Below the pieces are notes generated by a model that saw only the letters and a program-made list of their open reading frames with translations, did no database searches and was not told the origin of the DNA. Of a stretch of DNA of 64,000 bases, positions 1-60,591 are shown piece by piece; the stretch's first letter is position 1, and each line of letters opens with the position of its first letter. The translations under genes were made by a program, and so were the position numbers. The stretch is from Tubiluchus corallicola (Eukaryota; Animalia; Priapulida). The DNA is taken from the NCBI GenBank assembly GCA_030141605.1, contig JAQGDQ010000246.1, positions 186,001 to 250,000 on the forward strand, given 5' to 3'.

Positions 1-2399
1 GACAGTTTTTATCATTCACAAATTCAGAAAAACTGTATATTTTAATTATCAGTGAAGTTTTTTACTAAAAAATCACGTGTACTCTTCCACATTTTCTGCT
101 ATGTCTTAGTAGGCCCTATTTGTTAGCAGTAGATGTATAAAATTTGAGGCTGCATTACCTTCAACAATCTTTTTGCAGATGGCGAAAGGTATGGCGTATT
201 ACGCAAACATAGGTGGCGTAATTGAGATAAATGAAAGCGATAATAAGCTGATAATGCCGCATGATGAAAAAGAGAATCGGAACAATATTTTGTCGAGGAA
301 GAGATTCACCTTTTACGAAACACGCTAAAACGTGCTGTATTTCTAGTACTAGCCTTAATTATGTTTAATCGACAACTGAAGAATCAATGCCACAAAATCA
401 GAACAAATTCCATTCTCGGTCTGATGTCTCTTAGCACTATCTAAGTTGAACAACAGAGGCCCAGTAATACGGTTCTGAAGGAGTTGACAATTGTTGGCTC
501 ACTTTCACAGAACAAACGTACGCTTGCCTTGATTGAATTTGTGCTCATATTAGATCGTATAAAGTGCGAATTGCGTGCTGAAAGCGAGCACTCAGCGGAA
601 TTACAACGATTCCTGCACTTGCCGCACTTTCATAAACGTCCACGGTTAATGTTGGCCCGAACTCGGAAAAGTTGGCAGACCTATCAATTGAACTTCACTG
701 AAGAAAATATAATCGTTTTTAAAATTTTCATCATAACAAAGCCATTACGCATAAAAAGATAAATCCGCAATTAAGAAAGAATTTATATTTTCGAAACTCA
801 ATTTAGAGTTTTTTTTACCAATCGAAACAATGTGAAATTGATAATTTTGTTCATGCACACCACGTATGACGAAAAATTGCCTGAAAGAACAATAAATTTG
901 TTGTGGTTTTGATAAGATGAATAATTTTATCTGACTCACAGATAATTTTATTTCGATTAGCTATTTTAAATTGAAATTTTTCTTTTTCAGCTGGCAGCTA
1001 CCTGCAGAGTATCGTTATCGGTTTGTTTATTATTTCGTTTTCGTTTTGGTTAAAAAGCTGGCTGAATGATTCGCTTTTGTTAAATGGTTCACCTTGATTA
1101 GTTAGTAGGCCGGTGGTTGGTTGGCTCGTTGGTTGGTTGGTTGGTTGGTTATTTGGTTGATTCATTGGTTGATCTGTTTGTTATTGGTTGATTAGTTTGT
1201 ACTTTGTTAGTCGGTTGGTTATTGTTTGTTGGTTGAATAGGTAGTAGTTAAGAAGACAGTAAATCCTAACTGTAATACCCATTTCGCCTTAGTTCGCTTT
1301 AACTACGATGAAATTTCACTACTTTTTACTTTGCGATAAAAGTTCGAATTTCAAGTTTTACTTGAAGCACTAAAATATTATTTGGTGTTTTATTGTGATC
1401 TAAAAACATCAAGTATTGTAAATCTATCATGTTATATTTTCGTCTCCTGGGGGGGGGGGGGGGGTTTGTCGCTGTGAACCCATTTCTCTATCATTTCTGG
1501 CTGTTAAAGTAAGGATTCGTCGTTTTAATTTATTTGATATCTGTATACCTACTAATTCTAACAGTTTTATATAAAATTAAAACGAGTGTTATCAACACAT
1601 GCTTTATTGTGTATTGTGTAAGGCATCGCAATTCGAGTTGCATATGGAAAAGGCATGTGGAATTTAAATTCCTTATTGGCTTGCAGTAAGAGTACACTAT
1701 AGTTTGGTAAACTTTGCAGTAGGAAATTTTGTGGCTGAATTTTACCAAAATTTAATTGGCTATTATAATCGGGAAAGGAAGTGGCAGCTGTAACCCTGCC
1801 ATCTATATTGTTGGGAAGAGTTATCATTAAATTCAGTAAGGGGCATTCGTTGCTCGGTTCAGCTCAGTTATTAACTGAGGCAGTTCAATTATTAAGTTTC
1901 AAGGGATAATCACTCTACCTGCATAGCCGCAATTGTCGTGTGACTTTTGCAAAGCTGCAATAAATTCATTTTCAGTTGTTGACATTCACACAAAGTCAAG
2001 TCCCATAATTCACATAAATTTGGAACCAAAGAAATTCAAAAAATCTTGTTTGGTGTTAGGTTATAATCGCATCATTAAAAGCCTAGAACGCAAATACAAA
2101 AACAAACCACAAAAATACAGTTTATTCTATTCGCTTGCAAAAGACTGATAATCTTTTTAATATTTCTGATTTTTGCAGTAGAATCTAATAACTGTAAATG
2201 GTTACTGCATGATAGATAAGCAAACTTGATTTGCTAACAGCGAAGTTGGTGATGAGCAATAAAATGGCAACTGACTGGCTCGCCGATATATCTTTTTATA
2301 ATATTTCCAGATAAGCTTTATTCTGTACCACCGCTTCTATAATAATTCATCATCTGTGTTAATGCACTAAGCAATCTGGATTAGCATACAACGAGTATG

Positions 2400-2500
2400 G
2401 ACAGTGGACATCTGAGAACTGTAATGCAAGGCGTCGTTTAATCAACTGCCTTGTCATTTCCCGTATTGACTAATGGTCACGTTGTGTTTGCTCTTTGCAA
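2400..2500 (+). mobile_element. Short L2-like LINE ORF2 relic
   Basis: Translates ARRRLINCLVISRID*, resembling the post-RT LVxSRIDYCN motif of L2/CR1-group LINEs. Confidence 0.4.
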
Positions 2501-4164
2501 AGCCACGTACGTCTCTGGGTGGTTATTGCTTAGGGGGATGTGCATATAGTTTAGCGAAGGGGATGCCTTTGTGAGGTGTATGCCAATAACACAACAACCA
2601 GTCATCAAGCAGCATTAGTCCAATAATAGCAGATCGATAATAGTGATCTGCATATCTGCATAAGGGCAATATCCAAAACTGATCGGCACTATTCAACATC
2701 TCATAATATAAGATTTTATATCAATTTAAGCCGCTCATGATCACAATCGATCAGTGTTTTTCTACCTCACAAGACCTGATCTGCAACCGACCGAATGTTG
2801 AAATGAACATGACTACGACAATGGAGCACAATAGTCTAAATGACTAAGTAGCCGTAAATTTAGGGGTAAAGCACATTAACTCCATAACACTTGTAGGTAG
2901 TTGCAGAAAATTTTGGGATGAGGGGAATGGCTAAGTGCTCATAGTGCATGTTTGGCTGGAAAGCGAACAGTAATGAGCCTGCTTAGTAAATGTACGTATG
3001 ACCGTTGGAAAACTGTTTCTGGAATTTGCGCTCTTCTTTACAATGTCATATACTACAAATGTGCTCATTTTTATGTACATATATAATCATGTTTATTGTG
3101 CATTGTAAAAATATTCCTATATCTATTCCTATTCCCATTCTTATTCCGGAGAGTATTAGGTAACATACTGAACCTGGGTGAGAGACAATGTGGTACATTC
3201 AAACATGGTTTAGATGCTTTTACTGGGTTACTGTTTCGCTTGAGAAGTTTATGTTGCTAATGAGCCTTGACCGGTCCCGACGCATCCACAGCATTAACCG
3301 CAGACCGTGCCCACTGCGTGCTCGATCCGGCCCGAAATGCGCTGAATTGTGCATAAAGTACTTTTAAAAGCCATTTTATACATAAAAGCATCCATGATCA
3401 GTTAATTTTACTTGCTTTTGTAAGCCAATGAACCAGTGAAATTTTGTGTCATTTGTAATTAATCAGTGTTACCTCTTTGTAATCACTATTGTCAAAAGTC
3501 AGCTTCCCTTATATTACAAATGATTACTACGCTCTTCATAACCTCTTTTTCCAACTAGTAGAGATACAGCTAAGTACGAACACTGCGTCACCCTCTAGCA
3601 AGTGGCTTCTTCTATAACTATTATGAAGCTAATAGTCTCAGATTGGGAAGCCAAATGAAAAATGTAATCATTTTCTGCCTAGCAGAATCAGTGCAGTATA
3701 ACAGTAAGGATATATTAGGATTGGGGAGCTGTATTTTAGTCTCTGCAGGAAAAGACATAAAGAAGTCGAGGAACTAGCATACGAATTTTTGGGTATTACG
3801 TGAGGATAACCCGTGTTATCGGTTGGGAATTGACAGTTCTTCAAACTTAACTAGAGCTTTGTATTTCAGACTTATGATGTAAGAGCGATGGGCATTCTCA
3901 AGTATCTTCTCAAGGATATTTTCTATACATCTCTGCTCAAAGTAAAAACGAGCTCTTTGTTTAACTATTGTGAGATTTTGCGATTGCACTTTGGTACTGA
4001 TTTTTGTAGCGTACCGTTTCAGTACAGTACACTATCATAAGACGGACAACTATCTCTATTTTGGGAGGAATACGTGGCATTCTCTGTTCATTAGCCTGTA
4101 TGCATGTATCATCATAGTTGGCGAACGCACGTTAATTTTAAACTTACCGTGTTAATTTTTACAG

Positions 4165-49994
<45,830 letters not shown>

Positions 49995-51265
49995 CTGTGG
50001 TTGATGTATGACTTCTTTGTAAAAGTGTTTTGCTTAGAAAAACTAGTGGATGTTCTGCCTTTAATGCAAAAAGTGACCTTACAGTCATGACAATAGCTGT
50101 ACTAGCGTGTAACAATTGCATGCATGTTCATATCACATTGGGCTTTGTAGTGTGGTACCCACTGTATTCATAAATCATTGATATGTATCTGTAAGCTTTA
50201 CAAAAAACTCATAATTCTGCCAACTAGTCTGATAAATTTGTGTGTGTTAATTTTTGTCCATGTAATATGTATTCTACATACCCATTTGTTGTTGATGTAT
50301 TTACAAGTATGTGAATGAATGACTGCAGAGACTAATGATTTATTTTTGTGTTTATGGCTTATATTTTTACAATGTTAACTGTGATCGTAATTGCTTATGT
50401 TTTCTATTTGCTTTATATCAGTTAATCTGCCGTAAATAATTTTAATTGTTGCATGTAAGTAAAATACTGCTTTTGCCATCATGATAAACTGGGTTGTGTT
50501 GGTTTATAACAGAGCCTTTTTTACTTTTTAATTAGTTAATATATCTTGGGTGTTTACCAGGTATGTGTAGCTCACCAGAAAATTTTGTTACAGGTTTATA
50601 TTAAGTTATACTAATTTAAGATATTTAAAGAATAGTTTTTAGTTGTAGCACATAACTGAATTATACAATTGCAAGAAAGCATTTTCTATCGCATTAATTA
50701 ATAAGTCTTATTTAGAGGGTTTTTAAGCAGTTTTTTGAAAGTCAGTGTTGTCATTAAAATTGTAAATGCTGTGCATATTATTAAAAATAGTGTGTTATAC
50801 ACGTATTTGTTATGTATTATCATAGCTGTGTTAACACGTTTTCTCTAATTTATTTTTATTGTCAAAGCTTATGCCTGTAACAATAACCTCATAAAATGTG
50901 CAAATGTATGCATGATTTCTGCAAACCAAATTCAGTTTATACTTGCACATTACCAAAAGTAAAAATAACTTATATATAATACACTATTCATAAAGCATTC
51001 TAAGATTGCTACAAATTTTCACAATTTGTAAGATAATCATGCCTTTTCAAAGATTTGGAATACAGTCATTTCACCATAATTCTTTGTAATATAATGAACG
51101 ACTTGCTTGTAAAAGTTTGCTTTGCTGCTCGAACTTCGACAAAATTGAAGTAAAGGATGTACAATGATTGTACATTGAAATAAGAAGTAAGCTTTAAAAG
51201 CTGATTAATATTTCAGTATGTTTCACATTTATGTATAGCTTTACTATATGGATACACTTGTTATT

Positions 51266-51271
51266 AATAAA
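51266..51271 (+). promoter_or_regulatory. Candidate DAGLA polyadenylation signal
   Basis: AATAAA about 1.27 kb after the stop, ending an AT-rich 3'UTR-like stretch and followed by GT-rich sequence. Confidence 0.45.
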
Positions 51272-52739
51272 AATCTCTGTACAGTCACAGGTATGTTTTT
51301 GAGATTCTGTTAGAATTAGGAATCATTCAGATCTATAGCACGTTCTTATCAATTTCACATTATTAGCTGTGATAAATAGTAAAAGAAGAGCTTGTAGACG
51401 AATTAACTATATCGGTTATTTCAAAATTGTGAAGATATTTCCATTTAATAATCAAAAATCCTACATTCGTGTGCAGCTGACAATTAAACTAAAAACTCGT
51501 TGCAAAGATAATTCGTGTTGAAAAATTGACCTTGTTTTTTCAGAAGTCGTTTTAGACATCTCCAGAAAAGATATACATCGGTTCTAAAAGCTACAATATA
51601 TACACTGACAATAGAATGCATTTCTCTGAGAATATCAATTGAAACCGTGTATTTCAGTGGACATGTAAACCTTATTTGACTATGTGTGCGAAAAGGATGG
51701 TAATTATTTCAATATAATTTTTCACTAATACACAAGATAACAAGGTAAAAAGCAAATGTTTATATTTACGATTATATTTAGAAATCGTAAATGTAAACTA
51801 AAACAACACTGTCCCCTTACTGTACTTACCTTTAGTAGCCATTTTCTTTTTTGCTGTCTAGTTACCTGCTTGGGTCACATGCATGTGCTAACTTTTGATT
51901 GAAAAGATGATGAAGGTATATTCAGATAAACGCAGGACTTCAATTTATATACCTGTGTACCAGTTTGAATATACCCCCATTTATTATTTTATTATACCCA
52001 TTACTCCCCCCCCCCCGTAATTCTAATCTAGTTTGTTCAAGGTGCTGGGATATACCTAAATTAGGTACAATAACTAGGCTTAATTAAAGTGCCTCTGTGA
52101 GGTTATCGTATACTAGGTTAGATATTGTGCTTTCTCCTCCATTAGTTTCAGACTATCCCCTCTAAAGACGAAGCCTGGATTTGTTAATTATAACGCTATT
52201 TCATATTTCTCGAATCCACGTATATAACTGGTTTCTGAATGGTCAACCCGTCAAAAAGTATGATTTCAACGTTAAGAAAGTAAATAATAATTTTGCACAA
52301 AAGCAGTTTTGTTGCATGTTCATATACATTCATTTGTACATTGTGTACAAAATTTTTATGAATTGATCATGTGACCTGTGTTGGTGGAAAAACATGTGGC
52401 GCTAAAAATGTTAAAAATATTTGAAAATAAATTACGTGAACTAGTTTCACGTTTGGGAACAATAAGTTGTCTGCTTATTTTATACTCATGAGTATCTCAT
52501 TTCTATTATAAACCAAATCTCTAAAAATATTTGACAGTAAAATATTTGAGCAGCCGTGCACAAAACACACAAGTTCATAAATTGATTAATGACGATAATT
52601 TTGAGAACACGCAATTTTTGAATATAATAAATTTTAGTCTATATACTACTAAAGCATACAAACGAATTCATAGTATCGTAAAACAATTTTCATCATAAAG
52701 TCGGTGTACTGGTACTCAGGTGTGTCAGTTTATTAAAGC

Positions 52740-54236
52740 CAGGGTCGGTTTTAAGCCAATTCGACAGATTTGTTCAAATTGGGCCCTGCGCCAAGGGAGA
52801 CAGATCATTTTGGCACGGCCATTTGGGCGCGGCCGTTTGGGCGCCGGCCCTCTTGGGCGCGAGACATTTGGACGCCAGAATTGACGCACGATACGTTTGA
52901 AGAGAAAATAATTTCTGTGTTGCGTTGCAAAACGCGATGCCTATACTTGGCCTATTAGGTGAAACCTCTTGGCTTGTTTAGTTACATTTAATTTTTGAAA
53001 TTTAGTAAAGTTTTTGTAAACAAATAAATAATTATTTTCGTGAATACGATCGTGTAATTGACACTAGAAATAAATAAAAGCTCACCATGTGTAAAAAACT
53101 CTGCTGTTGAACATTTCGCAAGAGATACCGTGAAGAAGCTTAATCTTGAAAGTGATAATTATGTATTAAGCATTTTTTTCTCATTAATTGACTTGCTTCT
53201 TTCGAATAGGCAGCTAGTATAAGCAACGTAACTTAAAGCATACCAAGCGCTTGATGAACAGTTGCACGTTAACTTTACGCTATCGTGAGCTCACTTGGAG
53301 CAAACTGGAACAGCTAGGTTGGCTCATTCTATTTGCAAATTTTAATAAGCATTGCTAATAATGAACAACTAAATCTCACTGTTCATGATACTGACATGCT
53401 TTGTTAATTTTAAAAACTACACATAGGCTAATACTGAAGGTGGCGAAAGTACAGAAACTGGTTTTCATTGTGTTATTTAACATTATAACAGGAAAATAGT
53501 GAATCATTAAAAATTTAATGAACAAAAATAAAAAAACAGGTAGAATATTAAAATTTTGTTGATTCCCAAATGTCTCGTGTCCAAGTGTCCCCGTGCCCAA
53601 ATTTCCCTCGCCTAAATGACCGTGCCCAAATATCACGTATCCGCGCACATGCTCGGGGCGGAGGACGCTATGATGAATTAATGTGTCCTGTGTGCACGAT
53701 TTTTCTTTAAACTGTGAAAGCGGTGAAACTATTCAGTCTGTCCTCGTATATCTATGCTTCAATGTTTTGTTGCTAATCATTTGCTTATTTATTTTGTAAT
53801 TTCAGTTGACCGACGCCATTTACTTTTTTGAAAAAGGTCATTGACGAGCCCCGTATGCGTTAGTTAGATCGTCGTTGAATTTTAATTATTTTTACTAATT
53901 TGTTTACGATATTCAAACCCATAACACAGAAATAGTGTTGTTAATGAGAATGCATAACATAAATCTATAGGTCAGTAATATAACTAAACTGATATATAAC
54001 TAAAAAAATATGTCAGTCATTATCTTGACTTGTAATAAAACATTAAAATTTTTAAATTGGCATTCAATTTTTAGTTCATTATTGCGGCTAATGATAGAGC
54101 CTAAAACCCTCAACCCTTTTTAGCTGAGACTGGCGTACTACACTAAGCATATTACACTAATCTTCAGCTTTCGTAGAGAACAGGGCCCCGCTAACAATTT
54201 TCTAATTGGGCCCCGCACTTCCTAGCTCGGGCCCCG
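52740..54236. mobile_element. hAT-like MITE shell interrupted by a second element
   Basis: Left end cagggtcggttttaag...aattgggccctgcg and right end aattgggccccgcacttcctagctcgggccccg are GC-rich GGGCCC-type termini. Confidence 0.45.
52796..53642. mobile_element. Foldback/MuDR-like non-autonomous element with inverted arrays of ~15-bp subterminal repeats
   Basis: Left ggagacagatcattttggcacggccatttgggcgcggccgtttgggcg...gagacatttgg matches the reverse complement of the right end, ggatacgtgatatttgggcacggtcatttaggcg...gagacatttggg. Confidence 0.7.
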
Positions 54237-54589
54237 ATACGACGCACATCAGAAGAACCCCTTCGAATCTCTCATTGTAATATTGGTAAGATGGATTGAC
54301 AATCTGACGTCTCTGTACTTTTACCAAATCACAGGCATTTATGTACGCTTCCATTATGTAGGTATGATACTACGATCGTATATGTGAAACTGTGGAGGTA
54401 GTTTAATTTAAACCTAGTCTTTAATTAACCTGGAGGTAAATTTCACTTACGTTCATGTTTCTTGCACGTTCTGCTGTTTTCAATTCTTTACCGTACCATG
54501 TACTCATTCACTGTACATATTAGGTAAGTATCAATATCAATTACAGGTAAATCGACCAATTCTGTTATACATTGTTGATTGTGTGTACT

Positions 54590-55100
54590 ATTACATGCAC
54601 TTTGGAAATCAGAAACAGGAAAACGTGTCACTGGCTGGGCATTGATAACACTTTCAAACACTTACGATGTAATGTCTATCAACTGCAATGGGTCGCTGTA
54701 AAGTTGTTGCATTTAGCAGAAACTTCATGTGTTCACAACTCATGAGATTGTTTGCAATGTCTACGATTTGTTGTTATTCGTCGTCTTTTATACTGGTATC
54801 GGTTCAAATATTCCTACGCGCGACGCTGTTTGTGTTTCCAGAACTACTGTTAGGAGATTTATCAGGACAGTGAAAAAGCCGCGGATTAGCCTGTAGAGGC
54901 ATTCACAATGCTAAAAGATTTTCGCTTACGTTTTGGTCTGGAAAAATTTCATCTTCGCTGTCGTCATCAGATGAACTCGTGACAATGTCACGTCTGAAGA
55001 ACTCTGTAATCTGTCAATTTGACACAGACTTGTCAATATCTTCACTGTTTGAACCAAGCATTACCATGATTCGAATTTGTTCGGCGATGAATTTCCTACA
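54590..55100 (-). mobile_element. Possible internally deleted piggyBac-like transposase relic
   Basis: Minus strand: acidic N-terminal-like RKFIAEQIRIMVMLGSNSEDID...SSSDDDSEDE joined to RRRITTNRRHCKQ...CYQCPASDTFSCF...H, resembling a piggyBac C-terminal Cys-rich domain. Stops are present. Confidence 0.35.
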
Positions 55101-56174
55101 CACTATTATCTCGTAATTACAAAATTTCTGCAAATATAGTACATTCTACAACTAGTCTACTACTGCTCTACATCTATTACTAACACTACTAGTGCAATTA
55201 CTTGTGACATTATTTAGTACGCGCTATGTGTAGTACCAAGCTTCTCAAATGATTACTAGAGTAACAGCAAATATAGAAGATACACAGATAGAGGGCTTCT
55301 ATAACCCCTTATTTTTAGTATGTTTTAGAGACTTTTTGGGAGTGTATTGTTCAGTCGCTATACGATATTGTTATTCCCCTACGAAGGCAGTACATTATGA
55401 CGATTCATTCATGTTGCTTGTCATATAATTATATATCAGTATACTTCTCACCAATGCACATATTGCCAATACACGTTTTGTCAGTGAAAAATTCGTCTGT
55501 TTCATTTATTTGCTTTGTATTTTGCTAGTAAACATTCTGGCAATAAACGAAATCGCCAATATAAATTACACATTGACGTTACCACCTGCGCAATTATAAT
55601 ATTATTGGGTATAGTAATGCAATTCAAATAGCCGTACCCAATGAATTAATATAATTATAGAGATGTACGACTGTACATATGTACTTATTTTAGACTAAAA
55701 GTGAGGTCCTATATACACTGTGACCTATGTTTCGTTGTGTACTTTGCGTGTGCATATTGGCATATTTACGCACTTAGATAACTGCATTTTTGATAAACAT
55801 CTGCTGCATGTCACTAGTGATAATCATCGCAAAATACGAAATGTAGTTAAGACCTCAGCAGAACTTTTTATACCCTCAACAAGGTTTACATCCATAAGAA
55901 TAGGTTACGAGTCCAGAGCTTCGCACAAGGTATAACTTTAAATAATTTCAATTAAACTTTTTTATTGCCAAATTTTTATATCGCTAAACCAATAGGGTCT
56001 TTTTCTTCAAATCTCGTAAAAGTTTTTGTCTTTTAAGGCGTTAAATTCGTAACATGTCTTATTAATGTTTCAGGAGATTTTTCAAAGTTAGCTGCTGAAT
56101 AAACGTTTTAAATACTAACAAGTATATTAATAACTGTAGTTTCCTTTCATTAAGCTAAAAACTTTTTATTGCAG

Positions 56175-56235
56175 ATGCTGTCTATTTCATTAATGGTTTT
56201 TCTCGCTGGTGTAACATTAATAAATGGAAAAGCAT
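56175..56235 (+). CDS. GH16 gene first coding exon (signal peptide)
   Basis: ttgcag|ATG...T|gtaagt; hydrophobic leader MLSISLMVFLAGVTLINGKA. The acceptor just before the ATG implies an upstream UTR exon. Confidence 0.8.
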
Positions 56236-56520
56236 GTAAGTTTTATTTTATTTTTTCCTGATTCGAAATACATAAACTGCACAAAACACTACATATTGTG
56301 TTTCAGGCTTGAATTCTTTTCTTGCCACACTATATGTCCCATTTTTTCCAACAGGAGTCTACGTCGTCGTCATCATCATCATCATCGGCATCGTCATCTT
56401 TGTTTTCATCGTCGTAGTCATCGCCGTTATAATCGTTGTACTCATCATCATCATGATCATTAGAGGTTATTGTGAACTTTTTAAAAAGGCCTAAAAATAA
56501 AAGGCAGAGTTAAAAATCAC

Positions 56521-56606
<86 letters not shown>

Positions 56607-59600
56607 TGAAAAGAGATTCGTGATGCTTACGCGAAGCTTTTGTCGATGATGGTTTTTATTAGTAGCAGTGGATTTCGCTTTAAACTTAACTCTGGTCATT
56701 TTTTGCAATAATTTATTAGAAAAAATAACTCTTTTATAATTGTAGACATCATGGAACCCAAGTACTGCACACAGTTCCCATGTCTGATATTTGAAGATAA
56801 CTTTGAGGATTTTGACACAGAAACGTGGGAACATGAAATCACTATGGCTGGAGGAGGGGTAAGAGTTCAAAATGGATATAACATGCATCTTTGAAGCAAG
56901 ATTACAGTTGTTATCATTTGTATGGGCCTACATTCTATATGCTGTTGTAAACACAACTGTAATGCCTAAGAACAAGGAATTTTACATATGAACACGAATC
57001 TCAAAAAAAAGTTTTTGTTAAGTGTTATGTAAAAATATACTGTACGTCTACATTTTACTGTAGACAAATACTACAAAGATGTGCGGGGCGGGGGCGGTAA
57101 TTATGCTATATCATGTACGCTCGTGTTAGTTTTTGAATTTAATCATAAATAATTTTAGAATACGTATAAAATAAATTTAATAATAAGGTTTTTAAATATT
57201 GTTACGAAGGCAGATTTTGATCAAGCCCCATGTATGTAACGGGTATAGTTGAGAAGTCCAGTAATGCAAATGTGTCTGTATAAAATGGAGTGAATGAATG
57301 CTTCCGACTCACCTGTCTGTTGGTTGAAGTGTCTTTCTAGGCAATCTTGGAAATGCTCTTTAAGCAATAAAATTGCGTTTTTTTACATTTTGCTACTTGT
57401 GTGGGCTCTATATATCCTGAGCGGATCGGCATCGGACGCCAGATTCGTTCATGGCAAAAGTCTTTACAATATGTTTGTATAATATTGTTTTAGAACTGGG
57501 AATTTCAGCTTTATCACAATAACAGAACCAACAGTTTTGTGAAAAATGGCATGCTTCATCTTAAACCGGTAGGTAAAACTCTTTTATTTTATGTACTTAA
57601 CAACCAGGCCAAACAAAATCCATTCTGCTTATATTAATGCAAGCGAGCTAAAAGCTGCCTTTCAGTGTTAAAGAAGATTAATTTTCAAAATCCACAATAT
57701 TTCTGTAATGTTTGAAAATAATGTATAATAAATTAACAGCAACAATTATTTTGGAAAAGCGACTTTAAATAATATAGTTTGACACACGTGAGAGTGTGTG
57801 TAATGCTAATGTAGTACTAACTACCTCTCCCAAGAAGAACTTTAGGGAGCAGTTCCTCGCTCTGTTACCAGTTTTTTGTCTTAAGTGCAGCAACCAAGAA
57901 CTAAGCGTAAAATGGGAACGGTCCTATTCTAAAGGTTTCACAATCAAAAGAGGCAAGATAGTATTCTGTGGTCTCTTTTGTACAACATTTATATTGGCAA
58001 ATTATCTGTAAAACTGTATAAATTGAAAGGTTGTTATACTGCATATTGTTTACTGAGTCATATTATATATGCAAATGATATAATTTTATTAAATCCCTCT
58101 CTGCCTGTATTGCAAGAACTCTTACACTGTTGTGACAATCAGACACAATATCCACTTTAATTATACGAAAAATAAATGTTTTTTGTGAAATTTCTCTCAA
58201 TGGTCTAAATAACGAACTGACAACGCAGATATTAAAATTTAAATTCATTCTATTGTATGTAACAAACACACGTTGCGCAGAAAACGATTACTAGAAAGTA
58301 ATTGTCAACTCGGTACGAATTATACAAACTCGTTATTTTAAGATGTGGAACAAAGGACTATTTGCAAATAATAATCCTCGAACATGACAGCTATATGAAT
58401 CTTTTTTTAGTGTAGGTATCGCATACTTTAGTATTTTTAGTATAGCTTTTATTGTAGTATTTTAGTGTAGTGCGATGTAAATGTTTTTATACTGAAGTAA
58501 AAGTAGCTTGCATAGCCCAACGTTCCTCTAAAACTGCAGAAATTTTATAACGAACGTTTGTTGCACTATAGCAGTTTTGGAAGAAAGTTACACACGTTTT
58601 ATAAATATCAGTTTGTATATAAATGAATAATCTATCCAAAGCTCTCCTGTGTCTAGAACAGCCTCAGGCGACTCTATTTTTGCATTTCTTATTCTGTTTA
58701 AATAAATAATATAGAATCAGATCGAAGACAAGTACGGAGAAGGATATTGCGGATGGGGTTCCATAAATCTCTGGGGTATGAATGGGCCAGGCGACGTGTG
58801 CACAAGTAATGCGTACTATGGATGTGAACGGGTCGGTACTGATGCTAATTATTTGAATCCGATTCAGTCAGCCAGAGTAAGAACCTTGAACTCCTTCTCA
58901 TACAAATATGGCGCTTTAGAGGTTCGTGCTCAAATGCCTGTTGGCGATTGGCTTTGGCCAGGTGAGTGAAGAATCCATGAAGTTTTTATTTTGAACTAGT
59001 AGGAATGGAATTAGTCATGCAATGATTTTAAATAAGAATGTATGTGTTGCCTTAATTTAAACAACTTTTTAATTAATAGCACATAGTCGATTTATTTGAT
59101 GAAAATAAACTGATTTTATTTCAAGATGTGTTTTAGTCTGAATAAAATGTTTTTATCATGCCATTGAATCATTTACACCGTACAAGCCGTCCCATACTCA
59201 ATAACAAAAGATACTTTTTATATTTAATAGCAGAAGATTGTTGGACTGGTCCTAGAATAAGTATATATTTTCGTAATTGTAAAAGCGCAAATGTTCTATT
59301 CTCCATTACGGCTTATCAATTGCATTTCTACTATTGACTACACATTCTAAAGATCTGTATTTCTAAAATCTGAGCTCGCAGAGCGCTAGCCATGCCACAG
59401 ATTTTGTATGTGTGCCTGATTAACTTTAGTACCTAATTAAGAACAACTTAAATGACTTTTCAGCAATATGGCTTCTTCCGAAAGGTTGGCCATATGGAGA
59501 ATGGCCAGCTTCTGGTGAGATTGATCTTGTTGAGAGCCGAGGTAAGAGAATGAATATTTTAGGAAAAACGTTGTAGTGTCAGTCAATGTAGAGTTAGCTT

Positions 59601-60529
59601 AACAACACTGAGTGAATTTAAATCCAAAATTTCGAATATAACCATGTTTGTCACACGAATATGACCATAAACTAATGGCCATACCTAGTCCAGTGTAGTT
59701 TATTCATGTCAGAAAATGTAGATTATTACGCTCATGTATGATCGACCAGTGTGTATGATGGCCGTCACTTGACTATGCTTGTCCTGTGGGGTTCATGCAT
59801 GTGTGATTGAGCTCTTTCCTATAATTTTCACATTTTGGGTTCTTTCTCCAGCTCCTAAAACAATTCCAATATTTTTTAGCCAATATATTGTCTGAGCCTC
59901 AGGTCTGCAAGTTTCTTGAGACACTATAGTTTAGGTATTATAGTTTTAGAGTTCTTCAATTCTATGGCTCGATGCTTAAAACTCGATGCCTAACACGAGG
60001 AAGAATCAGATAGTTTCTCTTGGTGAACTTAAAAATCATGCAGATCCTCTAGAAGCAATGAGGTTAAAAATCATTTACACAGAAAATTTAAGGGAAGCCT
60101 TCGCTAAAGTTAATAGATGTACAGTTCTACAAAAACAGGCATTTAAACTAAATATTCGGAAAAAATTATAGGAAATATTTTATAAAGACGGTTGCCCTCG
60201 TAGTGTGACAACTCATAGTGAGAGGGCGTGCGCGAATGAGGTGTCGCAGCTTAACACAAAAGTTTACACAGTTCTTCGAGTAGCAACGATGAATTAGAAA
60301 CGCCTTCCAACCAAAAAAAGGTGCTTGAAGCGCCCTGAATTTTTCGTGTTAGTCTTGGCTTTTCATAAGCCATCGGCAAGCACTTGATGTCAAAAGTTAA
60401 GCTACAATAGGAAAAATCTAATGCGAGCGCACTTAGGTTTAAAGTGTACCGCTGTAAAACGGCTGCTCTCCATAGATAAAAAACGAAGGAGTGTATTAGA
60501 CGAAAGCACTAACTCTATTATTATCTACA

Positions 60530-60591
<62 letters not shown>

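Noticed and set aside
51122-51150. U6 snRNA-like 5' sequence
   Set aside because: Only a few matching bases; no ACAGAGA box or remainder of U6.
52800-52880. CRISPR-like repeat array
   Set aside because: Short tandem subterminal repeats with no unique spacers, mirrored at 53565-53642, in a eukaryotic locus with no cas genes.
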